Source of the DNA: Veleropilina oligotropha
Taxonomy: Eukaryota
NCBI GenBank assembly: GCA_048128005.1
Contig: JBEUKZ010000071.1
Span: 496,001 to 560,000 of the forward strand
Length of the DNA stretch: 64,000 nucleotides
Direction of reading: 5' to 3'
Position 1 is the stretch's first letter. Each line of letters starts with the position of its first letter. The notes under the pieces are model-generated. The model ran no database searches, was not told the origin of the DNA, and saw nothing but the letters and a program-made list of their open reading frames with translations. Positions 31,518 through 44,882 of this stretch are shown one piece after another. The position numbers and the translations under genes were made by a program.

Positions 31518-32277
31518 GTTTGTCCAGTTTTATTTTCATGTGGAATATTTGAGTGCCATTGTTTTCTGGGATGTCTCACAGCTCTCATAGTTAGACGTAA
31601 AATTTTGCCTGGAATGACATTTTGTCACTGTAATGCGCACAGAAAATCTATTTCACGTTACAAATTTATTGTATGAAAATCTATTTATTGATTTCTGAAG
31701 TGAAAATAATACACCATACAAACATTTAAAAAATGTGTATGTGTGCCAATACTGCTGACAGCTAGCATAATGATATATGAACAAGTACAATCATCATGTA
31801 TTTTAGACATATTTGTATAGAAAGTGTTCATTCCTTGAACAACGAGCCTTAACTTGAAATTGTGATTGATTATATCCAATATGTTTATGACCAATATTTT
31901 GAAAGTAATCTTGTTTTATTGGATCACATGCAACGCAAATGCGAGTCTATGTAATGAGCATGTCGTCTGGCCGTTCGTCCGTCCGACCGGCGTCAACAAT
32001 TGGTTCTCCTGTTAGAGATTTTGGTTAAAGTTTCTCAATCATGCTATATAAGCAACAATATGCATGTTTTAACATTTCTATATGGTAGATATCACTATTT
32101 CATCGTTACCTCGCACTAAATAAATAATATTGAAGGTAATTTCCTTCGAATTTCACCATAAAATGCTGCTTTCAAGCATGATATATAAGCAACAATATGC
32201 ATGTTTTATCATTCTATATGTTAGATATCACTATGTCATTGTTATCTGACCATAAATAAATAATATTGAAGATAATT

Positions 32278-34806
32278 GTTCCCCCACAAATGAAGTTGAG
32301 GGGGGGGGCATATAGGAGTCAGCTTGTCTGTCTGTTGCAAATCCCTTCCGCTCCATATCTACGATAATATTTCATCTAGGGACATGAAACTTGATGTGTC
32401 ATAAACCAAAGGTGTGTCGCGTACTGAAAGTAGGTCACCACGACCTGCTTTTCGCACTTGGTCCAAAATTCCATTCCGCTTATATCTCCCATACTTTTGA
32501 CCGAGTGACACGAAACTTTATGTGTGCATGCATCTTGACTCAAAGATGTGTCGCGTACCAAAAGTATGTCACCACGACCTACTTTTCACGCTTACCTGCA
32601 TTTGGTCAAAAATTCCTTTCCACTCCATATCTCCCATGCTATTTGACTTTGGGACACGAAACTTGGTTTGTGGATGCATCATAACCCAAAGGTGTGTCGC
32701 GTAACAAAAGTAGGTATGTGACCTACTATCCACGCTTGACTGCATTCGGTCCAAAATTCCCTTCAGCTCCATATCTCCCATACTACACTCAGTAAAATTG
32801 AAAAGTTGACACTTCTTAAATTTGATGTATTTTAAATCTGCTAGTGTACAAAAGTGTTTTTTAATCAGTGATTTTTCAGACACAGTTGTTTGAATTGACA
32901 CACCCTCAAAATTGAAGTTAACACAAACATGAATTAAAGATTTGAAGAACGCCAATAGCGATTATGACCACCACGAGCGTCCATAACTGCTACACATCGT
33001 CTCCTCGTGGACTGCTGAACACTCTAACCGGAAGTCGGCGCCATTGGTGGATCAGATCCCTGCCAAGTTCCGGAAGTGTAGATCTGTGGCTGTACCCGCT
33101 GCCTTCTCAACCTTCTGCCAAGCTCATCCCAGATGTGTTCAATGGGGTTGTGATCTGGAGAAAGTGATGGCCGTTCCATGACGTCAACATTTGCAGCTTG
33201 AAGCAGGTTACGTGTCAGTCTTGCAGCGTGCGGCGTAGCATTGTCATGTTGAAATGTGAGGCCAGGACCTTGTGGTCTGTAGAAGGGCAACAAAACTGGA
33301 TTGAGGACCTGATCCCTGTATTGTGCTGCCGTCATATTTCCTTGGATGACAATCAAGGGTGTTCTGGTGTTAGCTGTGAATGCTCCCCAAACCATGACAC
33401 TGCCACCTGCAAACCTATCAATCTCCTTGACACAAGCTGAGGCATACTGCTCCCTTCTCCTATGCCACACCCTAACACGTCCATCAGCAAATCTGAGTGT
33501 GAAACGAGACTCGTCACTAAAGATGACTTTGTTCCACTGTCTCTGGGTGAATCTGAGGTGTTCTCGAGCCCATGCAACCCGCTGACGTCGATGGAGTGGA
33601 GTCAATATCGATCCTGTATACGGTCTTCGTGCTCAAAGGGCAGCAGCTCTAAGATGGTTTCTGATGGTCTGGGGTGTCACACGACGTAGAAAGCGTTCAT
33701 TACTGGTTGAAGTTGCCATCACGAAACGATTCCGAAGATGATGTAACCGGATTTGTTGGTCTTCATTTAGAGTCGTAACACGTCAGGCACCTGGACGTGG
33801 GCGGTCTGCTGTGGTTCCAGTTCCTCAGATTGTGGATCGTCTGTCGACTGCATCTAAATATTCGCGCAACTTCCGCCACAGACTGTCCATCCACTAACCT
33901 GCCGATGGCGAGCTCCCTGTCCTGACATGAAAGACATGGCATTGATTAATTTCTCAGTTCAAAAAACTTTCTTTATGATTTTCGGAAGAAACACCATCGA
34001 AACGACGCAATGACTGTCTCTTTCGGAAGAAATGATGTACAGTAGCATTTTCAGAGCGGAAATTGACATTTCTTGAAAATTTCGTCCTGCACGTGCATTT
34101 CAAGAACAATCTGTTCAAGATTCACGATTTTCAAACGGTTGTGTCATGGGTCAGCAATGTTATGTTATTCATTTTCACATATTTTAAATTTTTCCGATTT
34201 TAAAAAAACCATTGGGCAAGTTTTCATTTTGACCGAGGGACACGAAAGTCTAAACTTGATGTGTGGATGCGTCATTACCCAAAGGTGTGTCGCATACCAA
34301 AAGTAGGTCACTGTGACCTACTTTTCGCACTTGGTCCAAAATTCCCTTCCGCTCCATATCTCCCATACTTTTTGACCGAGGGACACAGAACTTGATGTGT
34401 GCATGCATCTTGACTGAAAGGTGTGTCACGTACCAAAAGTAGGTCACCATGACCTAATTTCACGCTTACCAGCGTTTGGTCCAAAATATCTTTCCATTCC
34501 ATATCTCCCATGCTATTTGAACTAGGGACACGAAACTTGATGTGTGGATGCATCATAACCCTAAGGTGTATCACATTCCAAAAGTAGGTTACTGCGACCA
34601 ACTTTCCATGTTTGACCGCATTCGGTCAAAAATTCTCTTTCGCTCCATATCTCCCATACTATTTGACCGAGGGACACGAAACTTGATGTGTGCATGCTTC
34701 ATATCCCAAAGGTGTGTCGGGTACCAAAAGTAGGTCACTGCGACAGCCTGTTCCTGGGTCAAGTGCTTTTGTGGGGGCATATGATCACCTGTGATAAGTC
34801 GAGTTT
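32278..34806. mobile_element. HINE-like non-autonomous element with ~130-140-bp tandem units, interrupted by a Tc1 element
   Basis: Same ends and units as 50303-50742; CTGT microsatellite after the 5' hairpin; GGGGCATAT...CTGTGATA 3' end. Confidence 0.6.
32786..34238 (-). mobile_element. Degenerate Tc1/mariner transposon (transposase remnant ~32935-33942)
   Basis: FSDESRF, FQHDNA, SPDHNPIEHIW motifs; imperfect ~23-bp TIRs (CACTCAGTAAAATTGAAAAGTTG / CAAGTTTTCATTTTGACCGAG) after TA. Confidence 0.88.
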
Positions 34807-35738
34807 AATTCAAATCTTACCATAAAATGCTGCTTTTGGACTTAGAAGTTTTCGTTAAAGTTTATCAAGCATGCTATATATGCAACAATAGGCATACTTT
34901 GGCATCTTCCTTTGTCAGATATCACTATTTCCTTGTCATCTAACCCTCGAGTAGAAATATTGAAATATTACAAATTTACAATGTCATCTACTATTGATTG
35001 TAGACACAATACTCATGAAATATAAGTGATTGATGCGCAGTCCCACGCATGCGAGCCATTTCGAGCTTGTTAAAGCAATAACATAATAAATAAATAATAA
35101 TAAAAGCTTGATTTATTGAGGGAGATCAGTTGACAGAGAGACAATCTTCCCCGAGTCCCTCCTATTTTTTTGTTTTCAAAATTTATTTCGTTGTTAATAC
35201 AAGTATAACAACGGGATCGGGCAAAAAGTTACAAACTTATCTGGTGCCCTCTCCCTACATGAAATTATATACAACACATATTTATGTTGTCCCTCCTATC
35301 TAATTACATGTACAGCAGGGAGATCAGTTGACAGAGAGTCAATCTTCCCTGAGTCCCTCCTATCTAATTACATGCATGTACAGCAGGGAGATCAGTTGAC
35401 AGAGATAGTGACTAAAATTTAATTTAATTATTGCATAAAATTGGTATTTTTAGACATAGAAACTTTGTTAAAGTTTTCAGTTAAAATATTTTCAAGGAGT
35501 TCATATGGGTGATCAAGACGCTTTTTGTATTCACGTACTTTGGTAGTTAATATATTGATGATGCCAGGGCATACCCATATTCCGGGAACATAGTTTTTCT
35601 AGTTTCAAATTGTCTCTTGAATAAGAATTTCCTTTCGCTGATCTATAACATCTGACGTCACATATAATTTCGGTAATTTATTTATTTGTGTGTCCATCCT
35701 TATGCGATGACTATAACTTCCCGTTTCTCTTCACACAG

Positions 35739-35888
35739 ATACCTCTTGCGACATTCATGGCAGTGGTGCTCTCTGGGAAGTATGGCAACATGATGATGTG
35801 GCTGTCAGTGATTCTGGGCCAACCCGTCGCCATCCTGGCATATGTCCATGATTACTATGTCATGCATGCAGTGCTGCCATCTAGCTGA
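35739..35888 (+). CDS. DGAT1: DGAT1 last coding exon (IPLATFMAVVLSGKYGNMMMWLSVILGQPVAILAYVHDYYVMHAVLPSS*)
   Basis: Acceptor CACAG at 35734-35738; GNxxxWLSxIxGQP...YVHDYY matches the DGAT1 C-terminus. Confidence 0.93.
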   Translation: MPLATFMAVVLSGKYGNMMMWLSVILGQPVAILAYVHDYYVMHAVLPSS

Positions 35889-36381
35889 TCTTCACTACGT
35901 CATGCATGCAGTGCTGCCATCTAGCTGATCGATACATGATCGGATAGAGCATGGATATTTTACAATTTACAGCGATGTGTTTTATGTACAAGCACAATTA
36001 TCGATCAATAGATAATATCGCCATACTTTAATTATTAGTCAGTCTCAGAGTACAGAGCCTTCAAAAAGCTTTAACCAATTGAAATAGTTTTGATGAAATT
36101 TTTGCAACTCATCTACTTTGAGTGTATTAAGAATTAGAGTATAGTGTATAGTGAGTGGGAAACAGAGTATAAATGGTATTTTCTGCTGTTGTCCTGTGAT
36201 GAGCGAGGCAAAGGGTCAAGTTTCGTCAAAGCTATTATATATAGTGCCTGTCAGTGGAGTTCATCATTTTGTCATGTATTTTGATGAATCAATTGGTGTG
36301 TTGCATTAGTATCTGCAAGTATAATTAAGTGTGTTGAAGCCAACATCGATCTGCTGAAAACCAGTTGCATTAAAGGGAAAC

Positions 36382-36726
36382 TAATAATAATGTGAAGATT
36401 TATCTGCGCTTTCCCACACATACGAGATGCGTGCTCAAAGCGCTTACATTATTATTCCCTGGTTATTGGCCTGTTCATTCAATATTCCTTCTCAACTCTC
36501 TCTCTGAGAGTATTACTGCCAAGTACATGCCTGTTAGGCGCTTGACCAGTCATTCTGACATATTCTGCCACTGCCAACCAGATACCCAATTAGATCTCGG
36601 ATCGGCTGGGTGAACCGAGGCAATATATGCTTAATTCCTTGCCCAAGGGAAGTCGCCGGGATCGGGGTTGAACCCCAAACCTCTCGAGAGAAAGGCCAGT
36701 GCATCTACCACTGTACCACGGCTGCT
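36382..36726 (-). mobile_element. tRNA-derived SINE with L2-like 3' tail
   Basis: Minus strand: A box TGGTACAGTGG, B box GGTTCAACCCC, 3' TGTAAGCGCTTTGAG...AAAGCGC and (TTA)n tail. Confidence 0.7.
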
Positions 36727-37554
36727 AGCTAGAATCTGGATGGAAGTACAATATTGTAGCCACTTAATTTTCTGCTGACACAACATATTTATAGAAGATG
36801 AGTGCTACATGATAGTCACAGCTTTCCATGACGAGATCCATAGAGGCCTTTTGTATTCACAAATGCTGTATTGTATTGTAGTTCGCCAACTTCGTGATGA
36901 TTGTCTGGCTTATATCACTCATCTTCAGATGGACCAAACTTTGTGGATCTCCATCTGTTCTGGGTGCATTGTGGGCCTTGAGGGGATTCCTGGGTAGTAG
37001 TATTTAGTCTATGTCTCATGTAAAAGCATGACAAAGCTTTTTGTATCAAATGGGACATGTATTTTTATCCATGTGGAAAACACCCTTTATTTTTGCTCAA
37101 TATTTTTTATATATATTGTTGTATATTTAAACATTATCAATGCAAATAATTATGAGTTTTCGTTCAAATTATGTGTGAACGAAGTATTAATAAGTTAACA
37201 TCACTAACCTTAGTATGCATACATATATTAAGACCACCTGTACTAATATTAATGTATCATTAAGAAAGTGTCGCTTGGTACAAAATACACCACCCAAAGT
37301 AAGCTTCATGTTGAGTTGACTAAATTGTGAATGTTTACTGGCAAAAACTACTGGTAACAAATATATAGTCAGAGCATGGAATTTAACTCTCATTCCTGCC
37401 ATTCCAGCATTAAAATATACTAAGTCTTGTTAGCATATACATTTACATAAATTGTCTGTGAAATCTCAGTATCTGTGATTGACAATTTTAAAATGCTTCC
37501 TGTTAGTATGTATATGCAAAGGGAATTAAATCGTAATTACAAATGGTAGGTAAA

Positions 37555-37768
37555 TTTGTTTTACGACCACTTTTTGGCAATTTGTCAACCTTATCGCAGT
37601 CGGGACACCCGGTTTAAGGTCTCGCTCCGTTCTGTCTGACATACATTAAGGATATCCCTTCTATTAGTTTTAAGCGTTAGAATAAGTCACGCCAAAGCGG
37701 GGGTTTGAACCCACATACTACCGTCCCACTTAATGTTTATCTGACGCTCTACCAGTTGAGCTATCGAG
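37555..37768 (-). mobile_element. tRNA-headed SINE fragment
   Basis: Minus strand GATAGCTCAACTGGTAGAGCG...GGGTTCAAACCCC. Confidence 0.5.
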
Positions 37769-38388
37769 AACGGTGGATATTCTGACAAAAATATAGGTCT
37801 GTCGGAACAGGACAACGCATGTACCAGCCTATATATCGGTCCGAAAGAGTTTATGGCAATTTTGGTACTATGACGTCATTTATTATAATATCGCACTGGA
37901 TCTATTTTGTACAAATAAATTTTATACGATGGCGTTATTACTTGTACTTTATGTATATGATTTCTTTCAGATCAGTTTGTAAATAATAGTTATAAAACTA
38001 AAGTGTCTTTTATAAATATTTTGTGTGCAAACATTATCATGTTCATCCATGTTTACACTGTTTTGTATTTATGCACCTAAATCAGGTTTTGTTATGATTT
38101 TTCAATTCACATAATTTCTATGTGCAGGTCAAAATATGTTTCAAGCAATTTATGTACATTAAAAGGATGTACTTTCTACTGCATGTTTTTCAGATATATA
38201 CATGTAGTGCAATATTAAACTTGATTATATACTTTTAAATTATAAATGAACGCATTTCTATTTGCTGGATCCTATCACATGATTATTTCTAAAAACATCA
38301 TGTACACTGGTTTTCCAGGGACGATCAAATTTCTAAATATAGTTTATGGAACACACCTTTCTATTTCTATCGACCTGCATGCGCAGTC

Positions 38389-39344
38389 CAGAGATGCCAA
38401 CCTCTAAGTGTTGAAAAGAGTGAGATGGGTGGAAACACGAACAATGAACGCCGGGCCCCCCCCCCCCCGGAATTTTTTTAAGTATACATGGTCTCAGATG
38501 CGTTTTCCTGCATTCTGAGCTATATATTGAGTACTTTCATTGGTTCAAAACTTGACTGTTTTGAACAGAAATTATTTCTAAAATTACAAATTTTATAATA
38601 TTTCAGTACAATTTAAATATTGAAAATTGTCAAATAAAGAACACGTTTGGAAAATGTTACATACAAGCTTTAATAAATGCAATTATACTTCCTGTAACTA
38701 TTATTGTAAAAACAACTTCATTTAGTTATATTTTTATTTATAATACTTAAAATTAATTCATAAGTATACTATGATTTAAATATAATGTATACTAGTAGTA
38801 TATGTTGAATTAAAAAATATGGATGCATAAATAATTTATATTAACCTAACAACTATATAACATGCCAACAATATTAATTTAAATTAATATATTTAATAAT
38901 AACAATGATTCATATTTTACATGCATAATTAATGAAAGAAGCATCATGATATTAATCTACTTTGTCGACAAAATCGAGTTATCTCCCTTAGTAAATCACC
39001 GAGGTTTCAAAGACATTTTCCGAATCCTGCCGAAATGTTCCTGGAAACTTACGGAAAGTCACGATGTGGTCTCGACGAACGTTCACATTTGTAGGCCTAT
39101 ATCCGGTGTTGTATGACCGATATGGATAGCGGCTAGTCTCAGCACATCGACGCGTGCATCTACGAATCATTTGGATACGATGCGGTGTACTTTTGTGGCG
39201 ATATAAAGAGGACAGCATGATAAAACAAGATCAGAACATGTTTATTATGCAAAACCGTGAGACTGAGCAGTCAAAGCGTGAGAGCATGAGTTCGGGGCTG
39301 AATGCGTGAGTCTCACTCAGAATGCGTGAGAGTTGGCATGTCTG
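38389..39344. mobile_element. Non-autonomous DNA transposon (MITE)
   Basis: 13-bp TIR CAGAGATGCCAAC / GTTGGCATGTCTG, flanked on both sides by AGTC; subterminal GCGTGAG repeats. Confidence 0.6.
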
Positions 39345-42086
39345 AGTCCAGCTGATGTACGTAGCAGGCAACAATTATTGTTGACAGCGTTGAAATGATG
39401 GATTGTCTTGCTGCATATTCAGAGGATTAAACACATTGACATGCTGCAATACATTGTTTATTTTTAGGTTAATGTGCAGTTCATTACTATTTTATTGTTA
39501 AATAATTGCCGTTTGTTTTTGAGAATTCACTATACTAGTTTAGTGGTAAATTTCTTGTTGATATAATTGACCTTAATTAATGGCATTAGAAGACAGGTAG
39601 TTGTGGTTGAAGTAGATAATAAAACAGTTCTCGACTTTTGTGATGGTAAATATGATGTGATACGAACCGAAAAAAATTATATCGACCTCGGTTAATGCTT
39701 CATTAAATATTTTTTTAGATTCATCTCATCATCTTCACCACCACAAAAGTCCATAATTGTATATTCCAATATTAATTAAGGTATTTTCCAATATGTATTT
39801 ATTAACTAACATTCCTTTGTATTATGAACAATTGTATTTGAAATCTTTAAGTAATTTTATTATTTTAAAAGTAGTGTTTTCAACATTGACAGTACTGTAG
39901 TTATATTCCACTACCATACTTCCTTGTATAAACGCCAGGGTGTTTAATTTTTTCACGAGGTTATTAATTAGGGGAGTTGATTATTCTAGTCGGGTGTTTA
40001 TCTTTCAGACATGATTTCAGAAAATGATTAATGCCCTAAGTTCATGAAAATGTCAGCAAAAATGACCACAGACGTATGAAACGACCTTAACAAACTAGTA
40101 CTATATAAGAAGTTTACTTCTGACCTCTTGTAATAGTTATAAATTAATTTAGGTCAATGCGAAAAATGGGAATGTTTGTTGTAAAAAATGATATTTTTGA
40201 GGTAGGCATTCATATTTTTCACGAGGTTCTCGCGGGAGGCGACTGTTCAAGATAGGCGTTCGTTTAGGCGATTATTCAAGGAAATACGGTACTTCGATAA
40301 TTTTTATGTCAATTGCGGATAGGACTATTTGTAACATATTAAAATATTGTAAAAGACAATATTTGTATTGTTTATAGAGTGAGTGTTTGATATTGGCCCA
40401 GCATTAACAGAGACAAGTCTATTATTCGCAAGTCTTGGGGCCATATTTATGAAGGTCTCGCAATGATTTGCATTGCATCGCCTTTGCAGGCACATTAACC
40501 TTGGGTTGCTGTACTTCTTCCCGGCAAAAGAGACTCAATTTTAATTGGCATGCTCATTAATTTTGCGAACACTCGCTGTTTTTAAATCAAGAAAATCAAG
40601 CATGAATTATAGGACTATTTCTGATGACATCCGGCATGAATATATTTAGGGACAAGCTGTGCCACTAAGCAGAATGCCACTGCTGAACTCCGGAAGTAGA
40701 TAATGAACAGTTACTCCTAATGGCTTACTCTCAGGCCATTTAAAAGCAAGGGTTAAGAATTGAACTTTACGGTCGCAGATTCCTTGAAAATTGATGGCAA
40801 GACCAGCTCCCTTGTGACTTGCGATTTTTTTGGTATTGAGATGGCGTTTTTATTCCAATAAGACGAGTATTATTCCTATAAATTTGGAAATCAGACCACG
40901 ATCTTCATCGAAAAATCCTTCCTTATTCAAGTGATTTTTGGGACGCAGGAACTGCGGAGTATTGTTATAAGCTGGTTTTGAAACGCCTGTCCGCTAAAAT
41001 TCAAATTTCGCGCTCTTATCTCGTTGAACAAAAATTCAGGTCACACAACTTGTCCATCCGATGTTTCAAGTAACACCCACTTCTGTAATGGAATTTGGTC
41101 AATTTATAGGTAGTATCCCACATCTGTTATGCAATTTAGTAACAAACTCTGGCACTGTGTCATATTCAAATATAAATGTTTCAAAAATACACGTAACTTG
41201 CAATCGGCCAAATTACTGCTTTGGCAAAGAAGCGGTATATGGCTATTGTGACTATACGTTTGCTGCACACATTGACGATTTATTTCTGCTGAAAATATCT
41301 AAAACTGTCAAATCTATTTCCCCAACTTTTTGTGTTTATACCTTTACAATCCCGCAAAAAGTGTGAATAATAACGAGCACAAAGTGCGAGCTCTATAGGG
41401 TAACACATCTGTTGAAATAATGAATTCGCAACAAAAGCGAATAGGCTTACCATTGTTACGATATGAACGGAAACAGGCATTCTGGGATTGATTGGTAAAA
41501 AACAAGAGCTTCTTCGGTTATGGGTAATCTTATAGAATGCCGGCTATTTTTTATCTATTTGTCAAGAGTGTCAAGCGCGCTTGCACATAAACATGCATAA
41601 ATAATGAATTCCACTGAAGCTTTCATGTCAAATCTCGGATAAGCGTTAACGTAAATGCTGCTGAATTCCTATGCGGTGACGTCATTGCGCTGACTTCGTT
41701 GAGTGTCGTCTTGGCAACGAGAGAATGATTCGGTAAATTCGTAGAGCGGAGTTGACCGATCGATTCAAACTAAGGAACGGTCAAAGTTCAAGATACATCG
41801 AGCCATTAAAATTATGTCAATAAACTAGTTGGAAGAATTGATAATATGTCTGTATTAAATACTATTACATATTAGTTTAAACTTTGTAACTAGTTTTAAT
41901 AATTATATGTATATGGAGGGCCTACATATATATGCCATATATCTGAGTACTCGTTTCTAGGTAGCTTCTACGACATATTATGCATGTTTAATTGTGAAAT
42001 ATATGCATATATGTCAAATTTTTCACATGTATATCGAACTTGAAAGAATGTCCGTTCTGGCTTCCTGACCTGTTGTGATTTTTAGA

Positions 42087-44360
42087 TATTTTGGACAAAC
42101 ATGCACCAATGAAAAATAAAAGAGTTAAGCGGTATAAGCAACCTGATTGGTATAACAACGACATTAAGGAAGCTGGCAGAATTAGGGATTACTATAAGAA
42201 GAAAAAAGACCATAACAACTACAAAATATACAGAAATAAAGTAAAACTACTTGTAGATTCAGCTAAGAAACAACATGTAATTAATACTGTACAGGATGAT
42301 GTTTAAGGCAAAGGACGTCTGGCGGGTACTTAAAGAAATATCAATGGTAAAAGACTATAATGTTCCTGTTCCTACTTGCCTCGATGTTAATGGCGATCGC
42401 ATTGTCAATGACCAAGACATTGCTAATTCCATGAATGATCATTTCAAGGACATTATTAGTACACTTACATTTGATATTCGATCAAATGCAAATCTAAGTA
42501 CTTTAAAGAATTACTTAAACACAAAATTATCTAATAGACAGCCACACGCCATAAAAGAAATTACTCCTTATGAACTGGCAGACCAACTAAAAAAGCTTAA
42601 TGGCAATAAATCAACTGGTCTTGATGGCATAGGACCTAAATTATTAAAAATATCAGCTGACATAATTTCTCACTCCTTGGCTCACATTTTCAATAAATCT
42701 ATATATACTTCAACTTTCCCAGACATATTGAAATATGCGAAAATAATGCCAATGCACAAAAAAGGTGCAAAAACAGATCCAAACAATTACAGACCAATAT
42801 CGATCTTGCCTACAATATCTAAGATTTTGGAAAAGCACATTGCCAAACAACTATTAAACTATCTAAATCAACATGAATTATTGCATTCAAGTCAATCTGG
42901 CTTTCGGCGAAATCACTCATGTGAAACTGCCTTAATTAAAATCACTGATGAAGGGCTTTCTGAAATGGACAAAGGCAACCTTACATATACTGCTTTTATA
43001 GATCTTATGAAAGCATTTGATCTTGTTGACCGTGATTTACTGATACAAAAACTTTCTTTATATATTCCATGCATTAATACAGTCTCCTGGTTCCAACGTA
43101 CTTATCTAACAGAAAGCAGAAGGTTTGCATTGCTAACGTACAGTCCAGTTTTCAAAATATAGATCATGGTGTCCCACAAGGATCGATTCTGGGGCCAATA
43201 TTGTTTTTAATATTCATAAATGACTTGCCACTCCATATAAAATCATCCATTATTGACCTTTATGCTGATGATACAACCCTTCATACATCAGGATCGACTT
43301 CTGACGATTTAAAGAAAATTATTGCTGAAGACTTATTTAATACAAATAAGTGGTGCACAGAAAACAGGATGATTATAAATACGAACAAAACAAAAACAAT
43401 GATGATTGGAACTAAGCATAAACTAAATCAAATTAAAGAAAGGACCAATATTAAATTAAATGGTATGGATATCCCAGACACGACATGTCAGAAACTTTGG
43501 GTGTTCATATTGACGAAAACCTTAAATGGAGCACTAATATTGATAAAACTTGCTCCATAATGTCATCAAGAGTAACTCTACTACAGAGAATTAAAAAATA
43601 TCTGCCTATCTCGCTGAGAAAGATTTTTTACAATACTGTAGTTATATATTACCAATTGCTGGTTATTGCTGCACAGTATGGGGAAATTGTTCCAAGACAT
43701 CATTAACACGAATTGAAAAGGTTCAAAAGAGAGCTGCCAGGGTTATTTTAGATGCAAATTATGAAGCTTCAAGCAAAGAGTTATTTAAAACCTTAGGCTG
43801 GCTAACTATTACAGAAAAAATTCAAATGAACAAGGCAACCCTAATGTATAAAACGATAAACAAACTAAGTCCAATTTATATCCAAAATTCTTTCACTTAT
43901 ATAAATGAAGTTAGCAGTAAACAAACTCGGTCAGCAACGTCCAACAAATTATATTTACCCAAGCCAGTTACGCAATCTTTAAAACGGACCTTTAAATATT
44001 CTGGGGCTCAAATTTGGAATGACCTTCCATATACTGTGCAAAATTCAAAAGATGTAATTTGTTTCAAGCGACTAATGAAACAACATATAATGTCCATGGA
44101 TACCAGAAGACGCTAATTATTATTTTTGGTATCGGACTGGTATTTCATGATATATTTTGACACATTTGCTGTTTGATTTGTTTTTTTTGTTTTGCTTATA
44201 TATAACTTCTGATACATCACTTCTGATGCTGTTCTGTAAATATGTACATTTTTATTCATTTTAATGTTATAAAATAGGAGGGACTCAGGGAAGATTGGTA
44301 ACTGTATTACTAACTGTTCTCCCTCAATAAATAAAGATTTATTATTATATTATTATTATT
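42087..44360 (+). mobile_element. 5'-truncated, frameshifted CR1/L2-group LINE related to the element at 1-3536
   Basis: RT fragments (NYRPISILP, DLMKAFD, YADD) in several frames; same 3' stem-loop and (TTA)n tail. Confidence 0.92.
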
Positions 44361-44882
44361 GGCTGTACAAAAATAGCCAGGTGCGAGGTTAATCATAGGA
44401 CATGCGTCGGCAGTTGCCCAATTTTAAAATACCAATGTTACAAGTTTGGCACCTAACCTTCGAATTTGCTAATGTCAATTAAAATTCAGTACATATAGAT
44501 TTTTTAAAACGCATGTATATTTGCGGAACAATACTTGTAGATGCGACAAGTTACTTAGTTAATATTATTATGAAAAGTTAAGCACTGCCGAAGTTAACCT
44601 GGGCAGTCATTGTGATAATGAAGTCATCGGGCTGTAAAGAGTGTGGAACAATTAAGAAACTGTTAATAGCTGTTAGGAAAACATCACTTCAAGCAGCAAG
44701 GCGCTAATTCTGATATCTGCGTTCGCCGGAGACTTGACAGAATGGGAAATAAATACAAGTACTCGCGGTACATCGATTTATATGAGATAATTTAAGAACA
44801 ACATACACCAGATACATTTTAATGAACATACATTTGTATTGTATTCATTTTTCTAAGCAATGCACATCAATCTTTGGAACTA

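Noticed and set aside
36640..37770. tRNA genes
   Set aside because: A/B boxes are present but there is no full cloverleaf, and they are attached to SINE bodies.
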